This document shows, piece after piece, positions 29,432-40,026 of a stretch of 64,000 bases of DNA. The stretch is taken from assembly GCA_945873505.1 (NCBI GenBank), contig CAMCDQ010000007.1, positions 3,653-67,652 on the forward strand, in the 5' to 3' direction. Position 1 is the first letter of the stretch. Every line of letters begins with the position of its first letter. The notes below the pieces were generated by a model that searched no databases, had not been told where the DNA came from, and worked only from the letters and a program-made list of their open reading frames with translations. The stretch is from Chitinophaga pinensis. GTDB taxonomy: Bacteria; Bacteroidota; Bacteroidia; Flavobacteriales; Flavobacteriaceae. Position numbers and translations under genes: made by a program.

Positions 29432-29614
29432 TAAGCAACTATAAATTTAGTTTTTTTAAAACATTTTTAAATCTAAATTAAATAAACACTATCTATTTAT
29501 TAAATACAAACTTCTATTATAATTTATAGTATTTAAATGCTTTTTTTGGCGATATTGATTTATCTTCAAATCAAATGTTGGATTTTTTGGAATATTTTAT
29601 TGAGGAAATGTCAT

Positions 29615-29643
29615 AAAAAAACTCCAACATTTCTGTTGAAGTT
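29615..29643 (-). terminator. Terminator downstream of tRNA-Val
   Basis: aactccaaca/tgttgaagtt stem with U-tract on the minus strand. Confidence 0.6.
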
Positions 29644-29649
29644 ATTTTG

Positions 29650-29724
29650 TGGGCGATGAGGGGTTCGAACCCCCGACCCCCTCGGTGTAAACGAGGTGCT
29701 CTGAACCAGCTGAGCTAATCGCCC
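29650..29724 (-). tRNA. tRNA-Val(TAC)
   Basis: GGGCGAT/ATCGCCC acceptor stem, CCTCG-TTTACAC-CGAGG anticodon arm, GGTTCGAAC T-loop; CCA not encoded; TATATTTG box at 29738-29745 on the minus strand. Confidence 0.97.
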
Positions 29725-29783
29725 TTTATTTGGACTGCAAATATAAGCCTCTTTTTGATATTTTCAAACTATTTTTCAAATAA

Positions 29784-31004
29784 TTATAAAATTTCTCCTA
29801 CTACAAATGTGCTTCCGCCAATGTAAATAAAATCGGTAGTAGTGGCATTTTTCAGTGCATTTTGATAAGCTTCTGAAACTGAATTGTATACTTTTCCGTG
29901 TAATCCAAATTCTAATCCTTTTTGAGCTAAAAGGGTAGCGTCTAATCCTCTTGGGATATTGGGTTTGCAAAAATAATAGACAGCATTTTTAGGAAATAAG
30001 GGTAATATTTCATCTAAATCTTTGTCGTTTACCACTCCAAAAACAAAATGCAAAGAGTCAAATTCCTCGGTTTTTAACTGATTTAGGACAATTTTTAATC
30101 CATGCTTGTTGTGCGCTGTATCGCAAATGACTTTTGGTGCACTATTCAATTGCTGCCATCTTCCCTGAAGTCCCGTGTTTTTTACAACATTTAAAAAACC
30201 AGTTTTTATAGCTGCTTCTGAAACCTCAAATTCTTTTTGCGAATTCAAAATTCTAAGGGTTTGTAATGCTGTTTTCTTATTTGAAATTTGATATGCACCG
30301 ATTAAATCCGAAGGAAAATTTTCAGAAATTAAATCCGAAGCAAAGTAAATCTCAGATTTTGTTTCATTGGCTTTAGCCAGAAAAACAGGCTTCGTTTCTG
30401 AATTATATTCGCCAATAATTACGGGAATATTCAGTTTTATAATTCCTGCTTTTTCTGTTGCAATGGCTTCTAGCGAGTTTCCTAAAAACTGAACATGGTC
30501 TTTTCCGATATTGGTTATCACCGAAATCAATGGATTGATAATATTTGTAGCATCTAATCTTCCGCCCATTCCAACTTCAATAATGGCGATGTCGATTTTT
30601 TCTTTTTTAAAATAATCAAATGCCAATCCAACGGTCATTTCAAAAAAACTAAAGTCATTAGTCTCCAAGAAATTTTTATGTTTTGCAATAAATTCACATA
30701 CAAAACCTTCGGAAATTTCAATGCCATTAATTTTGATGCGTTCCCGAAAATCTTTTAAATGTGGCGAAGTATATAAACCCACTTTGTAGCCCGCTTCTTG
30801 CAAAACGGAAGCCAACAAATGAGAAGTAGAACCTTTACCATTAGTTCCTGCAACGTGAATGAATTTTAAATTTTTCTCAGGATTTCCCAAGTATTTAGTG
30901 AGTAGAATGGTGTTCGTTAAATCTTCTTTATAAGCAATTGCCCCTTGAAGTTGATACAAAGGAAGTTGATTGAACATCCAATTTACTGTTTCTTGATAGT
31001 TCAT
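29784..31004 (-). CDS. folC: Bifunctional folylpolyglutamate synthase/dihydrofolate synthase
   Basis: HVAGTNGKGS, YTSPHL, EVGMGGRLDATN, GRWQ, DTAHN. Confidence 0.96.
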   Translation of the reverse strand: MNYQETVNWMFNQLPLYQLQGAIAYKEDLTNTILLTKYLGNPEKNLKFIHVAGTNGKGSTSHLLASVLQEAGYKVGLYTSPHLKDFRERIKINGIEISEGFVCEFIAKHKNFLETNDFSFFEMTVGLAFDYFKKEKIDIAIIEVGMGGRLDATNIINPLISVITNIGKDHVQFLGNSLEAIATEKAGIIKLNIPVIIGEYNSETKPVFLAKANETKSEIYFASDLISENFPSDLIGAYQISNKKTALQTLRILNSQKEFEVSEAAIKTGFLNVVKNTGLQGRWQQLNSAPKVICDTAHNKHGLKIVLNQLKTEEFDSLHFVFGVVNDKDLDEILPLFPKNAVYYFCKPNIPRGLDATLLAQKGLEFGLHGKVYNSVSEAYQNALKNATTTDFIYIGGSTFVVGEIL

Positions 31005-31043
31005 TATTGATTAGAATTTTGAGGATAATTGGAAGTAAAAAAG

Positions 31044-31928
31044 TTATTGTGTAAGTTTAAAATTGTAAATAATTTTACCCACTTGTGTTTCTGCAGCTGT
31101 AGCGTCTGATTGCCATTTTGTATTCATTGCTGCGGTTTTTGCTTGATCCAATAAGCATTTTGCTGAATTTGTTGTGCCACGAACTCCAGGATTAGCATTG
31201 ATAACTTTCCCTGATTTATCGACAGAAATTTGTACCACTACAACTCCTTCTTCGTTGCAAATATAATTTGGTTGTGGTTTATTGAGTGCTTTTCTGTTGC
31301 CCAATTGGTAGTTTCCATTACCGTTACCAGATCCGCTTCCGTTGCCATTTCCATAGCCACTTCCCGTCCCCAATCCTTGTCCAGAACCATTTCCGCCTCC
31401 GCTACCATTTCCAGAACCACCGCCTCCATTGTAGCCTTTTGCATTAGGATCACCATTTGATTTTCCTTTATTTCCAGCAATTTTGTCATCGCCGTCTCCT
31501 TCTTTGTTTGAGCCGTTCAATAAATTTGATAACGCATCAGAAGTAGTTTTGGAAGGTTTTGGGATTGGTTTCACAACAGGTTTTTCAACTACTGTTTTAA
31601 CTATTTTGGTTGCAGGTTTTTTAACTTCTACTATTGCTGGTGCTTCTTCGTTTTCTGAAATAAGAATTTCTTTTTCAGTTGTTGGAGTAGCTGCAGCTTC
31701 TTTTGGGGCAACAGTTACGACTTCTTTGGATTGAAAATTATCTCCAGAACCAAAATCACTATTCCCAAAATTCACGGCAATTTCACCTCCGCCACCTCCT
31801 CCATCCAATTCGGGTAAAGGTAAATTATTGCTAAATTTTAAATAGAAAAATAATAAGAAAAGCAACGCAAAACTAATGGTAGTAAAGAGTAATGATTTTT
31901 TTTCTTGTTCGGTTTCAAATATTTTCAT
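31044..31928 (-). CDS. TonB-like energy transducer with Gly-rich linker
   Basis: N-terminal TM, Lys/Pro-rich stalk, GSGNG repeats, TonB-C-like EEGVVVVQISVDKSGKV. Confidence 0.8.
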   Translation of the reverse strand: MKIFETEQEKKSLLFTTISFALLFLLFFYLKFSNNLPLPELDGGGGGGEIAVNFGNSDFGSGDNFQSKEVVTVAPKEAAATPTTEKEILISENEEAPAIVEVKKPATKIVKTVVEKPVVKPIPKPSKTTSDALSNLLNGSNKEGDGDDKIAGNKGKSNGDPNAKGYNGGGGSGNGSGGGNGSGQGLGTGSGYGNGNGSGSGNGNGNYQLGNRKALNKPQPNYICNEEGVVVVQISVDKSGKVINANPGVRGTTNSAKCLLDQAKTAAMNTKWQSDATAAETQVGKIIYNFKLTQ

Positions 31929-32033
31929 AAAATAAAAATGAGATTATAAAGATACTACTTTATTTAAAAACGAAAAGCAAGTCGAAAAATTGTTTTAAAA
32001 CGGGTCAGAAATTCCAACACATTATAAAAATAT

Positions 32034-33260
32034 TTATACCAATTGTTTTAGAGCTATCTCAAAAGCAGTTGCACTAATATTTGTTTTGGAATTGTTCAAT
32101 GCGTGTGCTTTTAAAAGTGCATTTTTTATAGTTTCTGAAGTATCTTTAAAAATGGCTTCATCTGTCATTTGCACTTTTTTCTCCATGAAATAAGCAAAAA
32201 CTCTTGCCATTCCACAGTTAGAAATAAAGTCAGGTATTAGGCTGATTTTTTGGTCTACATTTTCCATTATTGAACCAAAGAAAATTTCTTTATCGGCAAA
32301 AGGAACATTCGCACCACAAGAAATCACGTCTAATCCGGATGCAATCAAACTATCAATTTGACTTTGCGCAACTAATCTTGAAGCCGCACAAGGAGTGAAA
32401 ATTTCTGCACCAATTGTCCATATTTTTTCGTTTATTTCTTCAAATGGAATCATTTTATCTGAAACTAGTTTATTTCCATCTTTATTCAAAAATAAGGTTT
32501 TAATTTCTTCAAATGTAAAACCGTCTTCGTTAATCAATCCGCCATCTCTATCGATTATTCCAATTATTTTTACACCCATATTTGCCAAGTAAAAAGCAGC
32601 TGCCGAACCCACATTTCCGAATCCTTGCACGATTGCTTTTTTACCTTTAACAGAACCACCATAAATTGTATAATAATGACGAACAGCTTCTGCAACTCCA
32701 TAACCAGTAATCATATCGGCTACGGTATATTTCCGAGTTACATCTGGAGAGAAAATCGGGTTTTCTATGACTTTAACAACGCCTTGGCGCAATTGCCCAA
32801 TTCTATTAATTTTATCGGCTTCGGTTGGTTTGAAGTGCCCGTTAAAAACTCCTTCTTGCGGATGCCAAACACCACATTCTTCGGTCATTGGAATCACTTC
32901 ATGAATTTCATCTACATTTAAATCGCCGCCAGTTCCATAATAACTTTTCAATAATGGAGAAACCGCTTTGTACCAACGTTGTAAAACGCCATTTTTTCTT
33001 GGATCGTTGGGATCAAAATTAATTCCCGATTTGGCTCCACCAATTGCAGGTCCTGAAACCGAAAATTTCACTTCCATAGTTTTTGCTAGAGACAAAACCT
33101 CGTTCATATCTAAGCCTTTTCTCATTCTCGTTCCTCCACCTGCAGCGCCGCCACGAAGCGAATTAATTATTGTCCAACCTTCGGCTTCTGTTTCTTGATC
33201 TTTCCAATTGAAAATTATTTCCGGTTCTTTATTCTCGAATTTTTTAAGTAAATCTTTCAT
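32034..33260 (-). CDS. Glu/Leu/Phe/Val dehydrogenase
   Basis: GGGTR, GGAKSG, VQGFGNVG, CGANVP, PDFISNCG. Confidence 0.92.
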   Translation of the reverse strand: MKDLLKKFENKEPEIIFNWKDQETEAEGWTIINSLRGGAAGGGTRMRKGLDMNEVLSLAKTMEVKFSVSGPAIGGAKSGINFDPNDPRKNGVLQRWYKAVSPLLKSYYGTGGDLNVDEIHEVIPMTEECGVWHPQEGVFNGHFKPTEADKINRIGQLRQGVVKVIENPIFSPDVTRKYTVADMITGYGVAEAVRHYYTIYGGSVKGKKAIVQGFGNVGSAAAFYLANMGVKIIGIIDRDGGLINEDGFTFEEIKTLFLNKDGNKLVSDKMIPFEEINEKIWTIGAEIFTPCAASRLVAQSQIDSLIASGLDVISCGANVPFADKEIFFGSIMENVDQKISLIPDFISNCGMARVFAYFMEKKVQMTDEAIFKDTSETIKNALLKAHALNNSKTNISATAFEIALKQLV

Positions 33261-33331
33261 TAATCTGTTTCGTTTTTAGTTTTGCAAATATAAGGGTAAG
33301 TTTCAATGGCTACTATTTATTTTAGTCTTAA

Positions 33332-34405
33332 TTATTGTTTGAAATCATAGATTTCACCCGAACTATGATCCATTTTTGCTCCTGTAACACTGCTTAAAAT
33401 ATTGATTTCGTTTCTTAATTTCAATACGCCTATTAATCCAAAAATTAGAGCTTCTTTGAATTCAATTATTTTTCTTTCAGGAATAACAATTTTAGTTTCG
33501 GGCAAATAAAATTGAACTCTTTCAATCATAAAATCATTATACGCACCACCACCAGTAATGAATAGATTATTTTCTTTTTTTGGCAATACCAATGCGATTT
33601 GAATAGCAATATGTTCTGTGAAAGTGTTCATTTTATCTTCAATAGCTATTGGGTAACTTTCAATTAACGGCAAAATAGTTTCTTTTACAAATTCAAAACC
33701 CAAGGATTTAGGGTATTTTTTTTTATAAAAATCCAATCGATTCAACTCATTTAATAATTCTAAATTAATATTTCCGGTTCTCGAATTTTTTCCTTTATCA
33801 TCGTAATCTAATCCCAATTGATTGGCATAAAAATTCAAAACGGTATTTACAGGTGAAATATCAAAAGCTATTCTGTTTCCATTTTCCACAAAGGAAATAT
33901 TTGAAAAACCGCCCAAATTCAAACAATAATCATAATCTGAGAATAATATTTGATCCCCAATTGGAACTAAAGGCGCACCTTGACCTCCCAATTTCACATC
34001 TTGGATTCTAAAATCACAAACTACTTTTTGTTTGCATAAAGTAGCAATTTCAGGTAAATTTCCAATTTGTAACGTAACTCCATTTTGAGGTTGGTGCAAA
34101 ATAGTATGACCGTGAGAACAAACCGCATCAATATTTTCAATTTTATATTTATTTATAAAATCAGAAATGATTATTCCTAATAATAAGGTATAATCCGTAT
34201 TTAATTTAAGCAAATCCAATTCAGAAAATCCAACAGCAATTTTTAATTGGTCAATCCATTTTTGGCTGTAGCCAATGGTTTCACAATCAAGGATTTGAAA
34301 ACTCCATTTTCCATTTATAATTTCAAATTTGAGATGCGCCAAATCGATTCCATCAAGCGAAGTGCCGGACATTACACCAATTATGTTAAATTTTTCTTGA
34401 ATCAT
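33332..34405 (-). CDS. anmK: Anhydro-N-acetylmuramic acid kinase
   Basis: GVMSGTSLDGID, SHGHT, DFRIQDVKLGGQGAPLVP, LNLGGFSNI, GGGAYN. Confidence 0.95.
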   Translation of the reverse strand: MIQEKFNIIGVMSGTSLDGIDLAHLKFEIINGKWSFQILDCETIGYSQKWIDQLKIAVGFSELDLLKLNTDYTLLLGIIISDFINKYKIENIDAVCSHGHTILHQPQNGVTLQIGNLPEIATLCKQKVVCDFRIQDVKLGGQGAPLVPIGDQILFSDYDYCLNLGGFSNISFVENGNRIAFDISPVNTVLNFYANQLGLDYDDKGKNSRTGNINLELLNELNRLDFYKKKYPKSLGFEFVKETILPLIESYPIAIEDKMNTFTEHIAIQIALVLPKKENNLFITGGGAYNDFMIERVQFYLPETKIVIPERKIIEFKEALIFGLIGVLKLRNEINILSSVTGAKMDHSSGEIYDFKQ

Positions 34406-34499
34406 CGGCTAAAATTAATAAATCATTTTGAGAATTTGATAATTAAAAAGTATATTTGTCTATATTTTTTAAATTAATCACAATTTATCAGCACCTATT

Positions 34500-35639
34500 A
34501 TGGATTTTAAACTTACGGAAGAGCAATTAATGATTCAACAAGCAGCCAGAGATTTTGCTAAATTGGAACTTTTACCTGGTGTAATTGAAAGAGATGAGCA
34601 TTCAAAATTTCCAACTGAAGAAGTCAAAAAAATGGCAGAACTTGGTTTTATGGGAATGATGGTTGATCCAAAATATGGTGGTTCAGGATTAGACAGTATT
34701 TCCTATATTTTAGCAATTACTGAAATTGCAAAAATTGACGCTTCAGCAGCAGTAATTATGTCGGTTAATAATTCTTTGGTTTGTGCTGGGATTGAAAAAT
34801 ACTGCAACGAAGAACAAAAGCAAAAATATTTAGTTCCTTTGGCAACCGGCGAAGTTATTGGTGCTTTTTGTTTGTCTGAGCCTGAAGCAGGTTCTGATGC
34901 AACTTCACAAAAAACAACCGCAATTGACAAAGGCGATCACTATCTTTTAAATGGAACTAAGAACTGGATTACTAACGGAAATTCAGCTTCGATTTATATA
35001 GTTATTGCTCAAACAGATATCGAAAAAGGCCACAAAGGAATCAACGCTTTTATTGTAGAAAAAAGTTGGGCAGGTTTTGAAATTGGAATTAAAGAAAAGA
35101 AAATGGGAATCCGTGGTTCTGACACGCATTCACTAATGTTTACGGATGTTAAAATACCTAAAGAAAATAGAATTGGAGAAGACGGTTTTGGATTTAATTT
35201 TGCAATGGGTGTATTAAATGGTGGCAGAATAGGAATCGCTGCCCAAGCATTAGGAATTGCAAAAGGTGCATTTGAATTGGCTTTAAAATATTCGCAAGAA
35301 CGTAAAGCTTTTGGCAAAGAAATATTCAAACACCAAGCAATTGCATTCAAATTAGCAGATATGGCAACGCAAATTGCAGCAGCAGAAATGTTGGTTTTCA
35401 AAGCAGCCTCCGAAAAAGATGCGGGCGAAGACATTTCTCAATCAGGGGCAATGGCAAAATTATTTGCTTCACAAACCGCAATGGACACTACAATTGAAGC
35501 TGTTCAAATTCACGGTGGAAATGGATATGTAGCCGAATACCACGTAGAAAGAATGATGCGTGATGCAAAAATTACTCAAATTTATGAAGGTACTTCTGAG
35601 ATTCAACGTATCGTGATTTCTCGAACATTGATATCTTGA
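34500..35639 (+). CDS. Acyl-CoA dehydrogenase (short/branched-chain type)
   Basis: CLSEPEAGSD, NGTKNWITNG, KMGIRGSDT, QIHGGNGY, IYEGTSEIQ. Confidence 0.94.
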   Translation: MDFKLTEEQLMIQQAARDFAKLELLPGVIERDEHSKFPTEEVKKMAELGFMGMMVDPKYGGSGLDSISYILAITEIAKIDASAAVIMSVNNSLVCAGIEKYCNEEQKQKYLVPLATGEVIGAFCLSEPEAGSDATSQKTTAIDKGDHYLLNGTKNWITNGNSASIYIVIAQTDIEKGHKGINAFIVEKSWAGFEIGIKEKKMGIRGSDTHSLMFTDVKIPKENRIGEDGFGFNFAMGVLNGGRIGIAAQALGIAKGAFELALKYSQERKAFGKEIFKHQAIAFKLADMATQIAAAEMLVFKAASEKDAGEDISQSGAMAKLFASQTAMDTTIEAVQIHGGNGYVAEYHVERMMRDAKITQIYEGTSEIQRIVISRTLIS

Positions 35640-35653
35640 TACTAAATTATTCA

Positions 35654-35696
35654 AATAAAAAAGTCCTAAAACACATCGTTTTAGGACTTTTTTATT
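35654..35696. terminator. Bidirectional terminator
   Basis: aataaaaaagtcctaaaac/gttttaggacttttttatt stem. Confidence 0.85.
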
Positions 35697-35712
35697 TAAT
35701 AAAATTTCGTTT

Positions 35713-37863
35713 TTATTTTGCTAATGTCATTTCATCAACAATATGTTTTGCACCAGAGAATTTCTCAATTACCCATAATACATAACGAATATCAACATTA
35801 ATAGTACGTTGTAATTTTGGATCAAAAATAACATCTCCAGCCATCGCTTCAATGTTTCCATCAAATGCCAATCCGATTAATTCTCCTTTTCCATTCAAAA
35901 CTGGCGAACCTGAATTTCCTCCAGTAATATCATTGTCAGTCAAGAAATTCAAGTGAAGCGAACCGTCTTTGTCTGCAAAACGACCAAAATCTTTACTTTT
36001 ATTCATTTCAAGAACACGAACTGGCAAATCAAATTCTTGATCTCCTTTCTTGTATTTTTTAACTTGACCGTCTAATGTGGTGTAGTTATTAATTTTGGCA
36101 TCGTTTCTTTTATCCGCTGGCAAAGAACAAACTTTTCCGTAAGTCAAACGCAACGTAGAATTCGCATCTGGATATTTGATAGTTCCAATTTTTGATTCTC
36201 TCAAACCGTCCACTAATAATCGGAAAGACGCACCAAAATCATTTTGCGCTTTTGCAATAGCATCCGATTTAGAATTCATGTGCGCAACCATATCATTTGA
36301 AAGTGTAAACAAAGGATCGCTTGCCAGTATAGCATCAGTAGGATAATCTAAAAATGCTTTTACTTTTTCATTTGAAGTCAAAATACTCATTTCAAAAGCG
36401 GCATTTACAAATTTTGAATAATCGTAATTGTTCTCTTTTCCAATTTTTTCAACCATAGGAGCAATTCCATATCCAACAGATTTGGTAGCATACAATTTCA
36501 ATTGCGCTGTCAACAAATCTTTTTCAGCAGGAAGGTATAAATCTTTGAAAAAACCATCGGCCATTTCAGTAATCATTGGAGCCATAGTAGCGCGTTTTGC
36601 AGCATCAGCTTTAGCATAATTTTCCAATTGTCTTCCTAAACTTCTTCCAATAGTTCCAAAAGAAGCGGTTCTCATTAATTGTTGTAAATAATTATCGTGA
36701 CGTGATTTCTCATTTGTCAACGCATAATACGCATTTATATTCGCAATTACATTTCCGTATTTTGCTTTGTTTGCAGCTTTATTTGCCCATTTGTCAAACT
36801 TAGCTTCTTGAACAGCTTTTGATTTTGCAGTACCAAATTTGCTTAAAGCATCAATCATTCCTTGACGGTTTTTCCAATAATTGGCAGTCGAAGCAAATTT
36901 AGAAGCATACACTAAATTCAAAGCATCGCTTTGATCCATATATTTCTTCATATTATCCATTCCCGTTTTTGCGCCTTCAACCCAAGCCGGATAAGCAAAC
37001 TTCACGTTTTGCTCAATTCCACCTGCTGGCATCCAACGGTTTGTTCTTCCTGGATAACCCAAAATCATAGCGAAATCGCCTTCTTTTACACCGTTTAAAT
37101 TCACAGGTAAATAATGTTTGGGATTCAAAGGAACATTATTCGTAGAATAATCTGCTGGATTTCCATCTTTATCAGCATAAATTCTAAACATAGAAAAATC
37201 TGCTGTGTGTCGAGGCCATTCCCAATTATCGGTATCACCACCGAATTTCCCTAAACTTTCTGGCGGAGTTCCCACTAAACGAACGTCTTTATAATCTTGA
37301 TAAACAAAATAGTAATATTCATTTCCCTGAAAAAATGGACGAACAGAAACGGTGTATTTTCCACCTTCGTTGTTTTCTTTTTCAATTGCAGAAATTTCCT
37401 GATTCACGGCTTTTTCTCTTTCGGCTTCCGTCATTTTATCGTTTACTTTTGCCAAAATTCTTTTTGAGCAATCATCCATACGCACAAAAAATCGAACATA
37501 TAAGCTTGAAGGTTTCATTTCGGCAGCTTTATTTGGCGCCCAATAACCGTCTTTCAAATAGTTTTTGTCGGCAGTCGATAATTCAGCAATCGCATCATAT
37601 CCGCAGTGGTGGTTTGTTAAAACCAAGCCGTCTTTCGAAATTACTTCCGCCGTACAACCGCCATTAAACTGAACAATGGCATCTTTTAGACTGTGATTAT
37701 TGATACTGTAAATTTCTTCAGCAGTCAATTGTAATCCCATTTTTTGCATATCTCGGTGATTCAAACGTTCAATGAACATCAAAAACCACATTCCTTCATC
37801 TGCCTTAACGCTTGCAGGAATAAGCATAATCCCTAATAATAAGGATAAAATAATTTTTTTCAT
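35713..37863 (-). CDS. S46 family dipeptidyl peptidase (DPP7-type)
   Basis: DEGMW, TNHHC, DNWEWPRHTADF, TGGNSGSPV, FDGN; start placed at MKKIIL (37863), the ORF track extends to 37947. Confidence 0.92.
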   Translation of the reverse strand: MKKIILSLLLGIMLIPASVKADEGMWFLMFIERLNHRDMQKMGLQLTAEEIYSINNHSLKDAIVQFNGGCTAEVISKDGLVLTNHHCGYDAIAELSTADKNYLKDGYWAPNKAAEMKPSSLYVRFFVRMDDCSKRILAKVNDKMTEAEREKAVNQEISAIEKENNEGGKYTVSVRPFFQGNEYYYFVYQDYKDVRLVGTPPESLGKFGGDTDNWEWPRHTADFSMFRIYADKDGNPADYSTNNVPLNPKHYLPVNLNGVKEGDFAMILGYPGRTNRWMPAGGIEQNVKFAYPAWVEGAKTGMDNMKKYMDQSDALNLVYASKFASTANYWKNRQGMIDALSKFGTAKSKAVQEAKFDKWANKAANKAKYGNVIANINAYYALTNEKSRHDNYLQQLMRTASFGTIGRSLGRQLENYAKADAAKRATMAPMITEMADGFFKDLYLPAEKDLLTAQLKLYATKSVGYGIAPMVEKIGKENNYDYSKFVNAAFEMSILTSNEKVKAFLDYPTDAILASDPLFTLSNDMVAHMNSKSDAIAKAQNDFGASFRLLVDGLRESKIGTIKYPDANSTLRLTYGKVCSLPADKRNDAKINNYTTLDGQVKKYKKGDQEFDLPVRVLEMNKSKDFGRFADKDGSLHLNFLTDNDITGGNSGSPVLNGKGELIGLAFDGNIEAMAGDVIFDPKLQRTINVDIRYVLWVIEKFSGAKHIVDEMTLAK

Positions 37864-37970
37864 AGTGTTAGTTTTAGTGCTGCGAATATAATTCTTTTTC
37901 ACAATTCGATTGGCATTACGTCCCAAAAAACTACAAATTATCAGCAAATTTTAAGTTTTTATTAGTATTT

Positions 37971-38041
37971 GGGCGAATGGCCGGGCTATCCGCTGTATCC
38001 ACGCCCAAAAGCGTGGGATGCCGCTGCTATCCCTATCGCGG
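37971..38041 (+). repeat. Flavo-1-like structured dispersed repeat, copy B
   Basis: gggctatccgctgtatc-[cacgc/gcgtg hairpin]-ggatgccgctgctatccc with outer gcga/tcgc pairing. Confidence 0.7.
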
Positions 38042-38145
38042 TTTTTGGTTGTTTTAACCTAGATTTTCAAAAAATTAGTAACGATATAGTAAAATTAAAA
38101 GCACAATAAATTAACATTACAGTAGGAATTTTGTTAAAACTGAAA

Positions 38146-38961
38146 ATGAAAAAGAAAAGGAAAATTCCGTTAGTAGTTATAAGCGATGTGCATCTTGGAA
38201 CGTATGGCTGCCACGCCACGGAATTACTACATTATTTAAAATCTATTCAACCCAAAACGTTGGTTTTAAACGGTGATATCATTGATATGTGGAACTTTTC
38301 AAAAAGTTATTTTCCATCCTCCCACATGAATGTTTTGCGTCACATTATTAAAATGTCGGCCAACGGAACTCGATTAATTTATATCACCGGAAATCACGAT
38401 GAGGTGTTGCGCAAATATTCCGATCTTATTTTAGGCAAATTTGAATTGGTAGACAAACTAGTTTTAGATTTAGATGGCAAAAAAGCTTGGATTTTCCATG
38501 GTGATGTATTTGATTCTTCCACACAAGGGTATGCTAAAATATTGGCTAAGATTGGTGGTAAAGGTTATGATTTGTTGATATTAATAAATAGTTTCTTGAA
38601 TTGGATAATGGTATTATTAGGTAAAGAAAAGCGAAGTTTTTCTAAGAAAGTGAAAGACAGTGTAAAAAAAGCAGTGGCGTTCATTACCGATTTTGAAAAA
38701 ACGGCTGCAGAAATTGCCATCGATAAAAAATTCGATTATGTGGTTTGTGGTCATATTCATAATCCTCAAAAGAGAGTGGTTACCAATGAAAACGGATCGG
38801 TATTGTATTTAAATAGTGGCGATTGGGTCGAAAACTTAACGGCTCTGGAATATAAAAATTCCGAATGGAGCATATATCAGTACAAAAAAGAGCATTACAA
38901 GAATTCTGATGCAGTTGAGGAATTGATTTCAGAAGATTATGCATTTAAAATTCTTTCCTAA
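38146..38961 (+). CDS. LpxH-like metallophosphoesterase (UDP-2,3-diacylglucosamine diphosphatase family)
   Basis: SDVHLG, NGDIID, TGNHD, HGD, GHIH, NSGDW; start placed at ATG 38146. Confidence 0.87.
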   Translation: MKKKRKIPLVVISDVHLGTYGCHATELLHYLKSIQPKTLVLNGDIIDMWNFSKSYFPSSHMNVLRHIIKMSANGTRLIYITGNHDEVLRKYSDLILGKFELVDKLVLDLDGKKAWIFHGDVFDSSTQGYAKILAKIGGKGYDLLILINSFLNWIMVLLGKEKRSFSKKVKDSVKKAVAFITDFEKTAAEIAIDKKFDYVVCGHIHNPQKRVVTNENGSVLYLNSGDWVENLTALEYKNSEWSIYQYKKEHYKNSDAVEELISEDYAFKILS

Positions 38962-38978
38962 ATACATTTAATTTACAC

Positions 38979-39968
38979 ATGAAAATATTTTACGCGATAC
39001 AAGCAACGGGCAACGGACATATAAGTAGGGCAGTGCAGTTGTATCCCTATTTAAAAAAGTTTGGCACTGTCGACTTTTTTATGAGCGGTAATAATGCCAG
39101 TTTAAATGTTGATATTCCAATTAAATATAAAAGCAAAGGATGTAGTTTGCATTACAGCAAATGCGGCGGTTTAGATTATTGGGATATAGCCAAAAACATC
39201 AAACCATTGCAAATGTATCGGGATGCAAAAGCGTTGCCATTGTCAGATTATGATGTGGTAATTAATGATTTTGATTCGATAACTTCTTTGGCGTGTAGGC
39301 TTCAAAAAGTGAAATCGGTGCAATTTGGACATCAAGCGAGTTTTATGTCGGATTTAACTCCAAGACCTGAAAATAATAATTTTATGGGAGAATTAGTTTT
39401 AAAATATTATGCTCCTGCACCAAAATATATTGGACTTCATTTCAAAGAATATGATTCCTTTATTCACCCACCAATTATTAAAGACGAAATTTTTCAAGCA
39501 ACACCAAAAGATCTGAATCATATTTCAGTTTATCTTCCTTCATTCGATAGAGAATGTTTAGAAAAGGCATTTCATAAAGTAAAAGGCATCGAATTTCAAT
39601 GGTTTTTGAATGATATTAAAGAAATTCGTAAAGAAGGAAACATTACTTATTTTCCAGTTAACCAAAAACTTTTCAATGAAAGTTTGATAAATTGTCACGG
39701 AATTCTAACGGGTGGTGGTTTTGAAACTCCTGCCGAAGCCTTGTTTTTGAACAAAAAAATATTGAGTATTCCAATCCAAAATCATTACGAGCAGGAATGC
39801 AATGCAGCGGCTTTAAAATTATTAGGCGTTCCAGTTCTTAATAAAGTGGGTGACGATTTTCATATTGAAATAGAAAATTGGTTGAATGGCGTTATTCAAT
39901 ATCCAAAAATTGAAGCCAATGATATTCCAAAAACATTACAGTTTTTGTTTGACACGTATAATGATTGA
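38979..39968 (+). CDS. GT-B glycosyltransferase (MJ1255/YkcC-like)
   Basis: ATGNGHISR, DFDSIT, GGGFETPAEAL, EQECNA. Confidence 0.82.
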   Translation: MKIFYAIQATGNGHISRAVQLYPYLKKFGTVDFFMSGNNASLNVDIPIKYKSKGCSLHYSKCGGLDYWDIAKNIKPLQMYRDAKALPLSDYDVVINDFDSITSLACRLQKVKSVQFGHQASFMSDLTPRPENNNFMGELVLKYYAPAPKYIGLHFKEYDSFIHPPIIKDEIFQATPKDLNHISVYLPSFDRECLEKAFHKVKGIEFQWFLNDIKEIRKEGNITYFPVNQKLFNESLINCHGILTGGGFETPAEALFLNKKILSIPIQNHYEQECNAAALKLLGVPVLNKVGDDFHIEIENWLNGVIQYPKIEANDIPKTLQFLFDTYND

Positions 39969-40026
39969 AAGTAGTCACAAAAAAAGCCATCAATTGACGG
40001 CTTTAAATTTTATATTAGAGATAATT

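Noticed and set aside
20878-29648. 10-bp direct repeat aagttatttt at 20878-20887 and 29639-29648 as attL/attR or target duplication
   Set aside because: Short and AT-rich, so plausible by chance; it is not part of the tRNA 3' end, and one copy overlaps the LamG stop codon
31044-31928. TonB-like gene without adjacent exbBD as evidence of gene loss
   Set aside because: The ancestral gene order cannot be verified from this window, and orphan TonB-like genes are common
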